From NCBI GenBank assembly GCA_019120355.1, contig DWVG01000036.1:2024-66023 (forward strand): 64,000 bases of DNA. The letters are read 5' to 3'. Source of the DNA: Candidatus Ligilactobacillus faecavium. Its GTDB lineage: Bacteria > Bacillota > Bacilli > Lactobacillales > Lactobacillaceae. A program made the translations under genes and the position numbers. Position 1 is the stretch's first letter, and every line of letters starts with the position of its first letter. Below the pieces are notes generated by a model that ran no database searches, had not been told where the DNA came from, and saw only the letters and a list, made by a program, of their open reading frames with translations. Below, piece after piece: positions 10,330 through 21,500 of this stretch.

Positions 10330-10494
10330 GTTCTCACCTCTTTTCTTTAAAAGTAATTTTTCATTTATTGAAATCTAACCGCCATAATAATCACTCCTTT
10401 GCGTATGCTATAATTGATCTAGAATGAATATTCTCTCTTAAACTAAAAGCCGACCTGCTTTTTGCAAGTTGGCTTTGTTATGTTATAATTTAGT

Positions 10495-10570
10495 TGCGAA
10501 TAAGTGAACATATCAAAAAAGACTTCAATGGTCGAGTAGTACCAGTACTCTTCCAGAGAAGCCTTTTTGT
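10495..10570 (+). ncRNA. Antitoxin RNA (RNAII-like) of the Fst-type type I TA
   Basis: TGnTATAAT promoter at ~10481..10489; 10495..10514 is a near-direct repeat of 10660..10680, so it is antisense to the toxin start region; shared bidirectional terminator. Confidence 0.75.
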
Positions 10571-10587
10571 TTGCTGTTACTCAGTCA

Positions 10588-10677
10588 TCATCTCCTGTGC
10601 TTGAGCCATTCTTTGAACAGTTCAGTAACACAATTAACAACAATTGGTGCTACAACAAGTGCGAGTAAGTGAATCAT
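10588..10677 (-). CDS. Fst/Lpt-family type I toxin, 29 aa (MIHLLALVVAPIVVNCVTELFKEWLKHRR)
   Basis: AAGGAGG RBS; AP(I)VV…LF..WL..RR Fst signature; below the ORF-track size cutoff. Confidence 0.85.
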   Translation of the reverse strand: MIHLLALVVAPIVVNCVTELFKEWLKHRR

Positions 10678-10760
10678 ATCTACCCTCCTTTCTTTCAGAG
10701 GGATAAACTTATTATAACCCCTCATCTTTATTAACGAAATAAGGGATTAAATCTCACACC

Positions 10761-13094
10761 CTATGTGCTTAATTTCAAATTAAATTGCTGCCATTCTGAA
10801 CCATTCCACTGCTTGATAGCTGTAATATTCCCGCTTCCGTCGCTAACAAACCAAATATCTCCTTTAGTTGGAACTTGTGGCACATCTACACTAATTTGTG
10901 ATGTTGGCTTTTCTTCACCACCGAAAACCTGCATTCTGATTGTAGAACCTGCTAATTTCCCGTATGGGTTATAACTTGAATTAGATCCTATTTCAAAAAT
11001 TGAATATCCAAGCCACCAATCAAATTTACTAAATGTTGTATACCATGCGTCAAACCAATTCGATTGTGTTACTTCTGAATATTTAGACGTCTTATCCATT
11101 TGATTGTCATACGGCTTACTTGGTGCATTATCATACGGCGGTAAACCTAATTCTCCGAAGAATATTGGCTTTTTCCACTTATCATTGAATGCTTTAATTT
11201 CACTTACAATATCCTGTTTTCGATCATAGATTTCTGTACACGTTAATTCTTTTTGTAACGTTGTTGAACTTGGTGCGTGTTCATCAGTAACTTCAAAATA
11301 TGCTGCAATCGCAATCACATCAACATATTGCCAAAACGACCGATTTAATGTGTCATTGTATGCCGTGATTGTATCAGGCGCCCAACTAGCGGTTGCCCAC
11401 CAATTTGTCCGGAAAAAGATTTTGCCTGAATATGCTTTACGTGCATTTTGAATAATTGATACCCAGTTATCTTCGTATTGCTCTAAGTGAACCAAGTTTG
11501 TTGCAATGTACATTCCATATAAGTTTTCAGATTGAGCGTACTCGGCAATCTGTTGAATAATTGGTGCATATTGATTGAACCACGTTGTCGTATCACTTGG
11601 AATCCAGTCAACTTCAGCAACTGAACCGTCTGCGATGTACGGATATGGTTGAATCAAAATCTTAAACCCACGTTGTTTTAAGTTCGTTACATCTTTTTTA
11701 ACTTTGGCCCAATCATCATCAGTAACGGTCAAAGTTGAACCAGTCGCGCTATCGCAACGAACACGTAAACTAACCGTAATTGTATTCAAGTTCAAAGCTT
11801 GTCCTTCGATTTGAATTTCGTTATAATCCATATCTCCAAACGCACTTACATTTCCGCCTTTAATTGCACTTGGACTAAGAACCATGCTTGCACTCGCAAA
11901 TTTTGAAAGATTAGTATTGGTTACGCTAATTAGATCATTAGTGTTATTGATGTTGTCATGTAGAACCTGTCCAATACTTTCTGACAAATTATCTCTTGCC
12001 ATTAAATACGGCTTCATAGCATTGAACACACCGTCTTTAAAGAAATCAACTTGAGTATCGTTAGACTTACTCCCCAAAATATCATTAACTGCGCCAACCA
12101 TAGTGTCGTACTTTTCTTTGTAATTGATAAAAGCATTGTTCATTCTGACAATTAGATTACTGATTCCTAATTGCCCTTTATATCCGCTAATTTTAAGCCC
12201 TAAATTAACAAAATATTGTTTCTCGGGAATTGAGCCAATTTGAGTAAAGAATGAATAATGATTTGTTCCTTGAATGATTGAATTGCTTGGTAATGTGATG
12301 TTAGGAAAGTCTGGTAATACCGGTGTAAATGTTCCACCACTTGCTGTTGTATTCAAATCAAAATCAATCTGAATACCTGAATTTTGACAACCTTTATCCA
12401 ACGGAATTGGCGATAATGTACTTTCACCGCCACTTTCAGAATTGAACGGGTAATATTCAGTCGTTGCGCCGTCATAATTGTAGTTATACAACGTTAAATT
12501 TACTTTGTTGTAATAATTATAATCACTTAACGCTGCACCCGCTCTTCCTGCGTCTACTTGATAATATTGACTGAATAAATCCAACATTGACTTTATATCT
12601 GAGACAGTTGTCGTTGATCCTGCGTCCCCTTTATCGCCTTTTGGGCCTTGAATTCCTTGCGGACCGGCTGGGCCAGTCTTAATATTTGCTACATATTTTG
12701 AGAACTCATTTTCAAAACTTTGAAGAGATGTATTAGGAATGATATTGCCCGTAACTTGCAAAGTATTTTGATTGACTGAAAAAGGAACAAAACCTTTATC
12801 GGGATAAATTGTAATTTTGCCGTCGCTATCTGTATTCCATAACTCAACCCAATAATCATCAGGAGTTAATTCTATTAGATCAGCAGTGTTAATACTTGGA
12901 ACAGTTCCACCACCGATTAAAATTGCAGAAACTTCTTTTACAAATCCAGTTGAGTTTTTTATTTTAAATGTAAGTTTATCATCTTCATCAAACGTAACTT
13001 TATCATCTAAATTAAACGCATTGAAAAGAATTAAAGTACCAGTTTCAGAAACTTTGAAATTGTCTGTTTCATTGATGATTTTTAAATCTCTCAA
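10761..13094 (-). CDS. Tail fibre/receptor-binding protein with collagen-like repeat and C-terminal GH113-like TIM-barrel domain
   Basis: GPAGPQGIQGPKGDKGDAG; ILIQPYP…VDVIAIAAYFE…KPIFFGELG. Confidence 0.7.
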   Translation of the reverse strand: MRDLKIINETDNFKVSETGTLILFNAFNLDDKVTFDEDDKLTFKIKNSTGFVKEVSAILIGGGTVPSINTADLIELTPDDYWVELWNTDSDGKITIYPDKGFVPFSVNQNTLQVTGNIIPNTSLQSFENEFSKYVANIKTGPAGPQGIQGPKGDKGDAGSTTTVSDIKSMLDLFSQYYQVDAGRAGAALSDYNYYNKVNLTLYNYNYDGATTEYYPFNSESGGESTLSPIPLDKGCQNSGIQIDFDLNTTASGGTFTPVLPDFPNITLPSNSIIQGTNHYSFFTQIGSIPEKQYFVNLGLKISGYKGQLGISNLIVRMNNAFINYKEKYDTMVGAVNDILGSKSNDTQVDFFKDGVFNAMKPYLMARDNLSESIGQVLHDNINNTNDLISVTNTNLSKFASASMVLSPSAIKGGNVSAFGDMDYNEIQIEGQALNLNTITVSLRVRCDSATGSTLTVTDDDWAKVKKDVTNLKQRGFKILIQPYPYIADGSVAEVDWIPSDTTTWFNQYAPIIQQIAEYAQSENLYGMYIATNLVHLEQYEDNWVSIIQNARKAYSGKIFFRTNWWATASWAPDTITAYNDTLNRSFWQYVDVIAIAAYFEVTDEHAPSSTTLQKELTCTEIYDRKQDIVSEIKAFNDKWKKPIFFGELGLPPYDNAPSKPYDNQMDKTSKYSEVTQSNWFDAWYTTFSKFDWWLGYSIFEIGSNSSYNPYGKLAGSTIRMQVFGGEEKPTSQISVDVPQVPTKGDIWFVSDGSGNITAIKQWNGSEWQQFNLKLST

Positions 13095-13146
13095 TTACTT
13101 TAACCTCCTCTTCCTACCCACCCGCCACAAAATTCTATACTGATGA

Positions 13147-13293
13147 TTAGTTTGTTACTGGTTGATTTTCTGTTGATGTTCCAGTGATTTCTTCAACTTG
13201 TGCTTGTGTAATCCAACCAACAGTTACAAAAATGTTTAAGTCTGCTTTTGTATAGCAACCTGCGTCATAGCAAGATTTAATAACGTCATACAT
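13147..13293 (-). CDS. XkdX-family small protein, 48 aa
   Basis: MYDVIKSCYDAGCYTKADLNIFVTVGWITQAQVEEITG…; AGGAGG RBS; not in ORF track. Confidence 0.8.
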   Translation of the reverse strand: MYDVIKSCYDAGCYTKADLNIFVTVGWITQAQVEEITGTSTENQPVTN

Positions 13294-13295
13294 GA

Positions 13296-13664
13296 CTAAG
13301 CCTCCTTATTTGTCGTTCCTTGAATTTGAGCTTTTAATTGAGCAATTTCAGATAAAAGTAACGCATTCGCCTTATTTTGAGCTTGAGCTTGTGTAGCAAT
13401 TTGCGTTGATAGCAATGCAATTTGTTGTTGAGCTGATACAGAATTATCAATTTTAATTCCATTCTTTTTTAGATAATCTTGCGCTGCTTGATTACTTTCT
13501 TCAATCGAAGCCGAAACCAAATTTCCTGTGCTGTCTAACTTCATCGGTGTATAGCATGGTTCAGGTAACTCTTTTAACTCTCCAGATTGTAATTGGTAAT
13601 CATCATCAACAGTTACTAATTCATATCCAGTAATGCTATCTGCTTTGTATCGGTAAATTTCCAT
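13296..13664 (-). CDS. Tail-region hypothetical protein (XkdW-like position)
   Basis: ORF upstream of the XkdX-like gene with C-terminal coiled coil. Confidence 0.6.
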   Translation of the reverse strand: MEIYRYKADSITGYELVTVDDDYQLQSGELKELPEPCYTPMKLDSTGNLVSASIEESNQAAQDYLKKNGIKIDNSVSAQQQIALLSTQIATQAQAQNKANALLLSEIAQLKAQIQGTTNKEA

Positions 13665-13675
13665 GATCATACCTC

Positions 13676-14932
13676 CTAAATCCAAAACTTAGCACGAACC
13701 CAAACGTTGCCACTAATATTAGATACACCATCTAAATTTATACAATTTGAATTACTATCTAGGTGAAACCATGCTGAGCCTGCTTCAACCGGAATTGTTA
13801 CTGGTCCATTATTTGCGCCATTTAAAAACCCCGGCGATTTGAATTGTGCAATTGGTTTACCAACATCATCACAACTCATATTGAATAAGAAATAGAAAAA
13901 GAAATGAGGCCAATTATTAGGATCTGAACTAACTTCATAACGTTCACCCCAACACCAGAACTTAGAATTAATGGTTGAAATCGGGTTAAGTCCTCCAGTT
14001 GCATTCAACATGGTACTAATACCACCGTCCATTTCAGACTTACGGAGTGAATCTTCAATCTTAAATAATCCACTAACCGACGCACCACCTGGTAATGTTG
14101 CATTTCCAGTTACTGTTAAATCCCCGGTATCAACAGTATTGGCTACTAATGTGTCTCCTTGAGCATTATTTGAAAATGTTAGTCCACCGTTAAAGTGCTG
14201 TTTGCCTGTCCAAGTATTCTCATCTCCAAATTTTGCTGTCATTGCAGTATCCACAAAGCCTTGAGCATTCTTTTCATAGTCTTGTAGGACACTCAATGTG
14301 TTAGTAGCCGTTCCAGTAATTGTTTTAAGTGAATCTTGAGCAGTGTTAATTTGTCCTTGAAGTTGGTTGATTTCAGTTTCGACTTTTGATTTCCATGCTT
14401 GATATTCATTGTCATATGGTTCGATTCCTTCGGGGAAGTTGACAGCCATTGAAAGAATATCGGGTTCAACTTCAAAGAAACACCACTTTGAAGATACTGT
14501 TTCGCCAGTTGTTGCATTTTTAAACACGAATTGAAACGTATACTTTCCGGTCGTTTGAAACACTCCAGTATCCCATAGAAAGTTATAGATTGTTCCCGTA
14601 TTTCCACCGGCTGTATTCAAAACAAAAGTTGTTTTCTTATCAGGATATAGCCCGTGAATTTCGCCCGTCCAACCGGATAAATTAAATGGTTGTCCGTATT
14701 GATATAAACTAACTGGCATTAACACTTTTCCGTCAACTTGATTTGCATTAAATACTGAACGTAGATCAACAAAGGTATTTTGTGCTTTTGTCATATCCAA
14801 TTTGATTGACTGAATACGACCTGTACTATCACGGTCAACAACACTTTCACCGTCAATCGCACTGTACATCGGCGGTGTTTGATCGTTTCCGGGTAGCATT
14901 TGAATAATATCGTTATTGTATTCGTCTGCCAT
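13676..14932 (-). CDS. BppU-like baseplate upper/adsorption protein
   Basis: GQPFNLSG…FQTTGKY BppU-like N-terminus, coiled coil, NTWTGKQHF fibre motif. Confidence 0.6.
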   Translation of the reverse strand: MADEYNNDIIQMLPGNDQTPPMYSAIDGESVVDRDSTGRIQSIKLDMTKAQNTFVDLRSVFNANQVDGKVLMPVSLYQYGQPFNLSGWTGEIHGLYPDKKTTFVLNTAGGNTGTIYNFLWDTGVFQTTGKYTFQFVFKNATTGETVSSKWCFFEVEPDILSMAVNFPEGIEPYDNEYQAWKSKVETEINQLQGQINTAQDSLKTITGTATNTLSVLQDYEKNAQGFVDTAMTAKFGDENTWTGKQHFNGGLTFSNNAQGDTLVANTVDTGDLTVTGNATLPGGASVSGLFKIEDSLRKSEMDGGISTMLNATGGLNPISTINSKFWCWGERYEVSSDPNNWPHFFFYFLFNMSCDDVGKPIAQFKSPGFLNGANNGPVTIPVEAGSAWFHLDSNSNCINLDGVSNISGNVWVRAKFWI

Positions 14933-14933
14933 T

Positions 14934-16256
14934 CTATTTTCCTCCTTCTGAAATAACTGCTTTAATTGCTAAACTGATATTACTTGCGACTGCTGACCAA
15001 TAATCATTGATCACTGTTTTATCAAGAATCAGTCCTGTCGGAATCGTTGGCTCTTGATATACTTTTTGCAAGTCATCAATATTATTTGAAAAATAGCGAT
15101 AATCAATAAATAGATTTTTCATAATTGGCGACAATATTTGAGCATTATCTAAGAATTGATTTCTTGCCCCGCGGTCGCTCTTTGATAAAGTATCCAAATC
15201 AAAATTTACTGTAACTGGAATAAAGCGACTATCACTTTTGGATAACTGATTGATTTGATTAATCAAAGTATTAACAACTTGAAAATTTTCTTGATTAGTA
15301 ATCTCAAGCGTTCCAGCATTTCCGTCCCACATCGTGATTGTTAATTCCTTTGGTGGTTCAGGTGGTGGTGTGGAATGATCGTTTGCATTTCCACTATTTC
15401 CTGAACCGGAACTTGGTAAATTTGGAATCAATGGCTCATTAAATCCAAGATTACCAATGTACAAAGGCGTGAAATGTCGCATTGTACAGTCGGCATTACA
15501 TCTTTCCATATTTGACCAATTAATTAAGTCCGGACTTTCACAACGGTAAACATCACGTGAATGTTCATCTTGTCCTCTGTTCCACGGGTCAGAATACAAA
15601 TAATATTTTCCATTAATTTGCAACATTTCAGGTGCTTCATTCCAAGCAAAACCCGCTTCATTCGTCAAAGTCATAATGTTAGTTGGTACTTCATCATATG
15701 GTCCAAGAACATTAGCAGAATTAAACAAATGTAACTCCTGTGTTGGTGTATTAGTCTTTGAACACCAGAGATAATACGTACCATTGATGTAATTAATGTT
15801 TGGATCAATATAACCACCAGAAACATTTAACGAGATATTTTGCCGATTACCATCAATTTGATATTTTTCAGGATACATACGTGAAGCGTATAACTGGAAT
15901 TGTGAATAATCGGCATCTGTTTCTGAACCACAATAAATAAACCACCAATTATCATCTTTATCTTGAAAAAATTCGCTTGCCCATAGGTTTTTTAATCCCA
16001 TATCTGGACAATTTACTTGAGTAAAATTTTCAAAATCAGTTGTATGTGTTACATACGTTCCAGTACAAATCCAAAATTCGCCATTGATATAAGCGATGTC
16101 AGTATCACGCCAACCAAAACTGTATTTATTTAAATCTTTCCAATTTACACCATCATTGCTTGCAACTAAATGACTGTAAACGGGTTGAGGAAAGCCAAAT
16201 GCTTCAAATGGCATTCCAACAAATTGATATTTCTTTACTTCATCAATTAAAGCCAT
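14934..16256 (-). CDS. Tail protein with a GH43/GH32-like five-bladed beta-propeller glycosidase domain
   Basis: SNDGVNW Asp-box, WRD, WASE, IDP, EAPE, SPDLINW motifs. Confidence 0.65.
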   Translation of the reverse strand: MALIDEVKKYQFVGMPFEAFGFPQPVYSHLVASNDGVNWKDLNKYSFGWRDTDIAYINGEFWICTGTYVTHTTDFENFTQVNCPDMGLKNLWASEFFQDKDDNWWFIYCGSETDADYSQFQLYASRMYPEKYQIDGNRQNISLNVSGGYIDPNINYINGTYYLWCSKTNTPTQELHLFNSANVLGPYDEVPTNIMTLTNEAGFAWNEAPEMLQINGKYYLYSDPWNRGQDEHSRDVYRCESPDLINWSNMERCNADCTMRHFTPLYIGNLGFNEPLIPNLPSSGSGNSGNANDHSTPPPEPPKELTITMWDGNAGTLEITNQENFQVVNTLINQINQLSKSDSRFIPVTVNFDLDTLSKSDRGARNQFLDNAQILSPIMKNLFIDYRYFSNNIDDLQKVYQEPTIPTGLILDKTVINDYWSAVASNISLAIKAVISEGGK

Positions 16257-16269
16257 GGCTCTTCCTCCT

Positions 16270-17679
16270 TTAAATCAAATAATTAAAACTTGCATTTAAA
16301 TTTGTATTTTCTTTACTAATCGAATCAACACTTGAACCACTTAATGAAGATATGTTTTGGACTTTAATGTTTCCGCCAGTATCAACTAAATACGAAACCA
16401 AATACATTTGCCCTGACTGTATAAAAAAAGTTCCGGTGCGATTTTCACTCGGAACAAACGGAGATTGTACAGTTGTAATTGTTGAATTAACGCTTAATAA
16501 GGCAATCGTAATACTTGCATAAACGATGTTTCCATTTAAATTCAAAGTTAAATTACCATTACTTAACGTAATGCTCTTTTGCATATCGTTATTTGTAATC
16601 CCACTTTGAGCGGTCAATAAATCAGTAGTTGTCTGATTGATATTTTCAATTTGGTCATGCAAAGCAACGTTTACGTCATTAAGCGATAAGTTCGTATTAT
16701 CAAATTGCAAAGTTGGTGTATCAAACTCTAAAAACGGATTGCGTTCATAGTGGTTCAATACAACATTAGTCGACCATTTCATACTTGGGATAATCAACAA
16801 AAGTTCTTCACCTTTGTCATAATCATCACGGTTAAATGACGATAATTCAAGCGTAATCGTTGGGTCAGATTGTTGGTGTTGGTTTTCATATGAGTTCATA
16901 CTGTTTTGGTCTGTAAAACGTTCATCACTAACAGCATCGCCCCGATGAAGTCCCCAACGATTAATGGAATCTTGATTTGACCACAGAAAATCTACTGAGT
17001 ACTTTTGCGGCGTCGTATTATCAATTGGTTTGCCATAGCACTGACACTGATTGACAATGCTTGTACTATCCATATTCATTTTGATGTCTTCCGAATCATG
17101 TTGATAAATTACCGTTTTGCCGTTATTCTTCTTAAATTCATCATATGAATAAAGTATCCAGTGTTTATTGTTTGGGACAACAACTGCATTGAAGCTATCA
17201 AAATAATCTTGAGTAAATTTAAGAAATGAGCAATTACCAAGATTCTCAATCTGAACTGTTGGGAAATTTCCTTGAAATTCAACACTGACATCTTGGTCAT
17301 TCCCATTAACAAAATAATTTACTGCGTCTTGGAAGCTCCATGTTTTTGTTCCGTTATAAGCTGAATTATTTCTAACGTTTGTTGCGTCATCATAATATCG
17401 GTGTGAAGCCGTAATCGTGTAGGTGCTTGTTCCATTATTAATTTCACGGTTAGATTGCTTAATAATAAACTCTTGACCGCTATACGTAATAATGTTTTCA
17501 GTTGAGATCAAACTAATCGCCTTAGCGTACATATCTTGTTCAATCACAGAAAATGTAATCGTCCAAGTATCATTTTTATTCCATGTTTCTTTAAAACTCT
17601 TTTGTAAATCGGCTATCGGTAATCTTTCACGTGTCTGGCGATTCCGGTCGCTGATTGTAATTAAAGGAAATTGAAACAT
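16270..17679 (-). CDS. Tal/prophage tail endopeptidase-family baseplate hub protein
   Basis: GQEFIIKQ and SINRWG…DERFTD motifs; follows Dit. Confidence 0.75.
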   Translation of the reverse strand: MFQFPLITISDRNRQTRERLPIADLQKSFKETWNKNDTWTITFSVIEQDMYAKAISLISTENIITYSGQEFIIKQSNREINNGTSTYTITASHRYYDDATNVRNNSAYNGTKTWSFQDAVNYFVNGNDQDVSVEFQGNFPTVQIENLGNCSFLKFTQDYFDSFNAVVVPNNKHWILYSYDEFKKNNGKTVIYQHDSEDIKMNMDSTSIVNQCQCYGKPIDNTTPQKYSVDFLWSNQDSINRWGLHRGDAVSDERFTDQNSMNSYENQHQQSDPTITLELSSFNRDDYDKGEELLLIIPSMKWSTNVVLNHYERNPFLEFDTPTLQFDNTNLSLNDVNVALHDQIENINQTTTDLLTAQSGITNNDMQKSITLSNGNLTLNLNGNIVYASITIALLSVNSTITTVQSPFVPSENRTGTFFIQSGQMYLVSYLVDTGGNIKVQNISSLSGSSVDSISKENTNLNASFNYLI

Positions 17680-18587
17680 TAGTTCAAATACTTAAAGTAG
17701 AAATCAAATGAAATAGAAATATCATTGCACCCAGACACTGTGAAATGATTATCTCCCTGCTTTAATCTGATAAAACCATTATTCGTTTGAGAACCGCAAT
17801 TTTTCCCGTCTAAGAATGGATTTACCCCGTTAAGTGTAATTACATGCGAAGTATCAGTATCGTTATTAAACGTAAAAACATCGCCTGTATCCGTGTTGGT
17901 GATTGACGGCTTGCCCTTTGCTTTGATTGTCAGAATTAAATAATCACTCTGAATTACAGGATCAATCTCAATGTCGCCTGCATTATAGACTGTAAACGAA
18001 TTAGAATTGAAACTATAATTCATTGATTGTAAGCCGTCAAAACCAAGTCCGTATGCCATTTCATTTTGAAGATTTAACGAAGATACCACGCTTTGAGATA
18101 CCCCCGTTAAGTTATTCAAAACAACCGAAATCGTCATATATTTATCACCAATATACGTTGGCGTCATTGACTTGAACATAACTTGATACATGCGATAGCC
18201 TGCATTATCAAAAGTAATCCAATATGGTTGACTGCTAGCAAAATAATCAGTTATCGCTTTGACAGCCAACTTTTGGTCAACTTCATCACGTAACATCGCA
18301 TAGAAGTTCAAAGTTAAATCACGCTGATCATATCTTGAAGATGTCAATACCTGTCCGTTTCGTGTACCTAAAGCCGAATAGGTATCACCTTTCACTGGAC
18401 TAAGCCAATCAAATTCCATTAAGTAAATATTGTTTAAATCTTCAATATCAAAACATGATTGCCATGTTTTAGCGTCTGAACTGATTGCAATTTCAACGGG
18501 ATTAAATGCTAATTGATTTTGATATTCTCCAAATTGATAAGCGTGTGGCTTATTTGCTTTTGTTGAAAAAATCTGCATATTAAACAC
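17679..18587 (-). CDS. Distal tail protein (Dit)
   Basis: YNAGD…DP and L..G.N.F motifs; located after the TMP. Confidence 0.8.
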   Translation of the reverse strand: MFNMQIFSTKANKPHAYQFGEYQNQLAFNPVEIAISSDAKTWQSCFDIEDLNNIYLMEFDWLSPVKGDTYSALGTRNGQVLTSSRYDQRDLTLNFYAMLRDEVDQKLAVKAITDYFASSQPYWITFDNAGYRMYQVMFKSMTPTYIGDKYMTISVVLNNLTGVSQSVVSSLNLQNEMAYGLGFDGLQSMNYSFNSNSFTVYNAGDIEIDPVIQSDYLILTIKAKGKPSITNTDTGDVFTFNNDTDTSHVITLNGVNPFLDGKNCGSQTNNGFIRLKQGDNHFTVSGCNDISISFDFYFKYLN

Positions 18588-21500
18588 CCCTTTGCATATT
18601 TACCATGCGTAATGATTGCGCATCGTTACTTCTTAATCTTTGCCCAGCGTCTTCAAGATTTACATAGCTATCCTTTTGAAGAATTAATTCAAGCAATTCT
18701 ACAATACGTTCACCAATTTGATTATCAGGGTCAGATTTTGAAACATCAGTTTGTGATACAGGTTGAACTGACTGTGTTCTATCCATGGCTTGCTTTAATA
18801 ATGGACGAGCTGACGGAGCAAATGGATTAATAACAAATTCTTCATGCTCCGGGTTATCACCAATCCAAGCTAAATCAAGCCCGGTAATGTGTCCACCAGT
18901 AGCCCAACCATGGCCATCACCAACATTGCCCCAACCACCTTCACCGCCGTGGTCCAGACAGTTGATTGCAGCCATGATTTGATCATACCCACTATTGATG
19001 TTCGTATGCCCCGGTAAAGCCCAATGTGCGAAAGTTGATGGAATAAATTGCAACAACCCTTGCGCTGGGTGTCCAGCAGCACTATTAACATCACTAATTT
19101 GTTGCGTGATTAATTCGTTTCCGCCGGATTCAGTAGCAATTTGACGAAGTAAACGGTTCTTTTGGTCATCAGTTAAGTGAACGCCCATTTCTTGAGCTAC
19201 TTTATCAATAACTGGAGCCCAACGTGCAACACCGGCACCGCCATTGAAGTAACCTTTTCCATGTTCAACTTCTTGATCATGCTTTTTCTTTAAATCCTGT
19301 AATCCTTTTTTGAGCCAATCACTGATTGGTTGAGTTAATTTATCGAATACACCTTTACCGAGTTCAACCATGTTAGAATTTGAAAGTTTACTAAGTGGGC
19401 CAGTAATTGCTTTAGCAATGATTTCTTTTGTGTTTTCAAGTGGATGCTTCAAGAATTTTGTAATTGCATCCCATTTGTCCTTAATCCAAGAACCAAGGTT
19501 TGATAATTCATGATGTCCCCAATCAATCAAATCACCAACTACTCCACCGTCTTTGTAATGTTTAAGACCGTCATCTCCAACAATTCCACCAGTTGCGTAA
19601 TGTTCAACCCCTAACGCACTCATAATTTGATGAGTTTCTTCCCCATTGTAAACACGAGTTCCGGGTTTTAATGGCAAAATAGCATTACGCTGATTTGCCA
19701 TGAACATATTTCCGTCAGGTTCTTCAATCAATTCTTTCCAATGACTTCCGCCACCGTCATTAACCATTGATAATTGATTACCACCGACAACACCACCAGT
19801 AGCAAATTTAACGTGTGATAAATGATGTAGGCTTGTTTCATGACCCGTAAAGAATTTCCATACTGAATCAATACCGTTAATTCCGGCGTTGATAACATCA
19901 ATAACACCATTCATTCCGTCAGAAGCATAGCCTTTGATTTTATCCCAAATTCCATGGAATGCATCGCTCATGCTATCCCACATTCTGTGCCATACTGAAC
20001 TAATTCGATCTAGAATACTTGAAATCGTATCATGAATACCGTTCATTACATGACTTACATTTGATTGAATTGAATCCCATACGGAACGCAAGTAATCTCG
20101 AATTGCTCCCCAAATACTGTTCCAAATATTCTGAATGCCGTGCACCACGTTTGAAATAATATTCTTTACCGCATTGATTGCTGAATTAGCAATATTCTTG
20201 ATTGCGTCCCATACCATTGAGAAGTAATTCCTTACGATATTCCATACATTCTGCCAAATAACTTGTGTAGCCTTTGAACCGGTTGAAATGATGTTCTTCA
20301 CGTCATTGATTACACGTGATTGGTGGAAAATCGAATCCCAAACTAACTTAAATACATTTTCAATTTGTTTCCAAATCGTATTCCAAATTGTAGATATGAT
20401 CTTGGTTACAGATTGAATAATGCTTCTAATTTGAGTCATATGTTGCTGAACAAATTTTGAAATTACACTCATTACAGATGAAACGACTTTTTCTAACCCG
20501 CTCCAAGCAGAATTCCATACTTTTTGAATTGTCGTCATCGCAGATGAAATGTTCTTTTGAATAGTTTTCAAATCAGGCTGAATGTATTTAATAACGTCAT
20601 TAAATACTTTCTTCACTGGTGCACTAATCTTATTAAATGCTCCTACAAAGTCTTTTGAAATTGCTTGAGCAACTTTTGTGATATTGGTTACTAAAGTTTT
20701 AATACTTGCAACAATATCATTTACAAACTTACGAAACTTTGTATTGTGTTGATAGAGTTCTTTAAATCCAACAATTAAAGCCGCAATCGCTGCTACTGCA
20801 AGCATTGGACCACTTGCTAATCCAGCAATAGCACTTCCTAAACTAATAATTCCTGAAACAAGTGCTTTAGCAATCGTTAATCCTGCTAAAGTTCCAATAA
20901 ACGTGCCTAAAACCGGCAAGAGTTGCTTAATTTCAGGCAAAAACGGTTTGATTGCATTTCCCAAATCAGTAAATACTTTACTTACAGTTTTACCCATATT
21001 TGTAAACTTAGAACTTAAATTATTGATGTTTTGAGCAATGCTATTTCCAGAAATGACCTTTACGAAATTATTAAATCCGCCAACGGCGTCTGCTAATGCT
21101 TTTGTTAATCGAATCTTCAAATTATCAAAGGCTGTTCCAATACCAGCAGTCGCATCATGTGCGGTACTTGCAAAACCTTTCATCCCTTGGTCAAGTTGCA
21201 ACATATGCTGATTTAATTGTTGCATTGTGATTTGTCCAGATTGCAATTTCTTATACAATTCGGAAGTTGAACCGCTAGCAATTCCAAATGATTTAGCAAC
21301 TTTTTGTAAGGCGGGCGACATAACACGCGTCAACTCTTGCCATTGCATCATCTTTGGTTTGCCTTCATCAAGCATTTCAGTCCATTCTTTCAAACCGTCT
21401 GAAGCGTCTTGCGCAGTTGCACCACTGGCAATCAGTGCGTCATTCAAAGCAACTGCGGATTTCGCAGCAAGCTGAGCATTATTAGTAATTGGCATAAATC

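Noticed and set aside
10365-10400. Strong RBS plus 6-codon ORF (MAVRFQ) upstream of the lysis cassette
   Set aside because: Too short to support; probably a remnant left by insertion of the TA module
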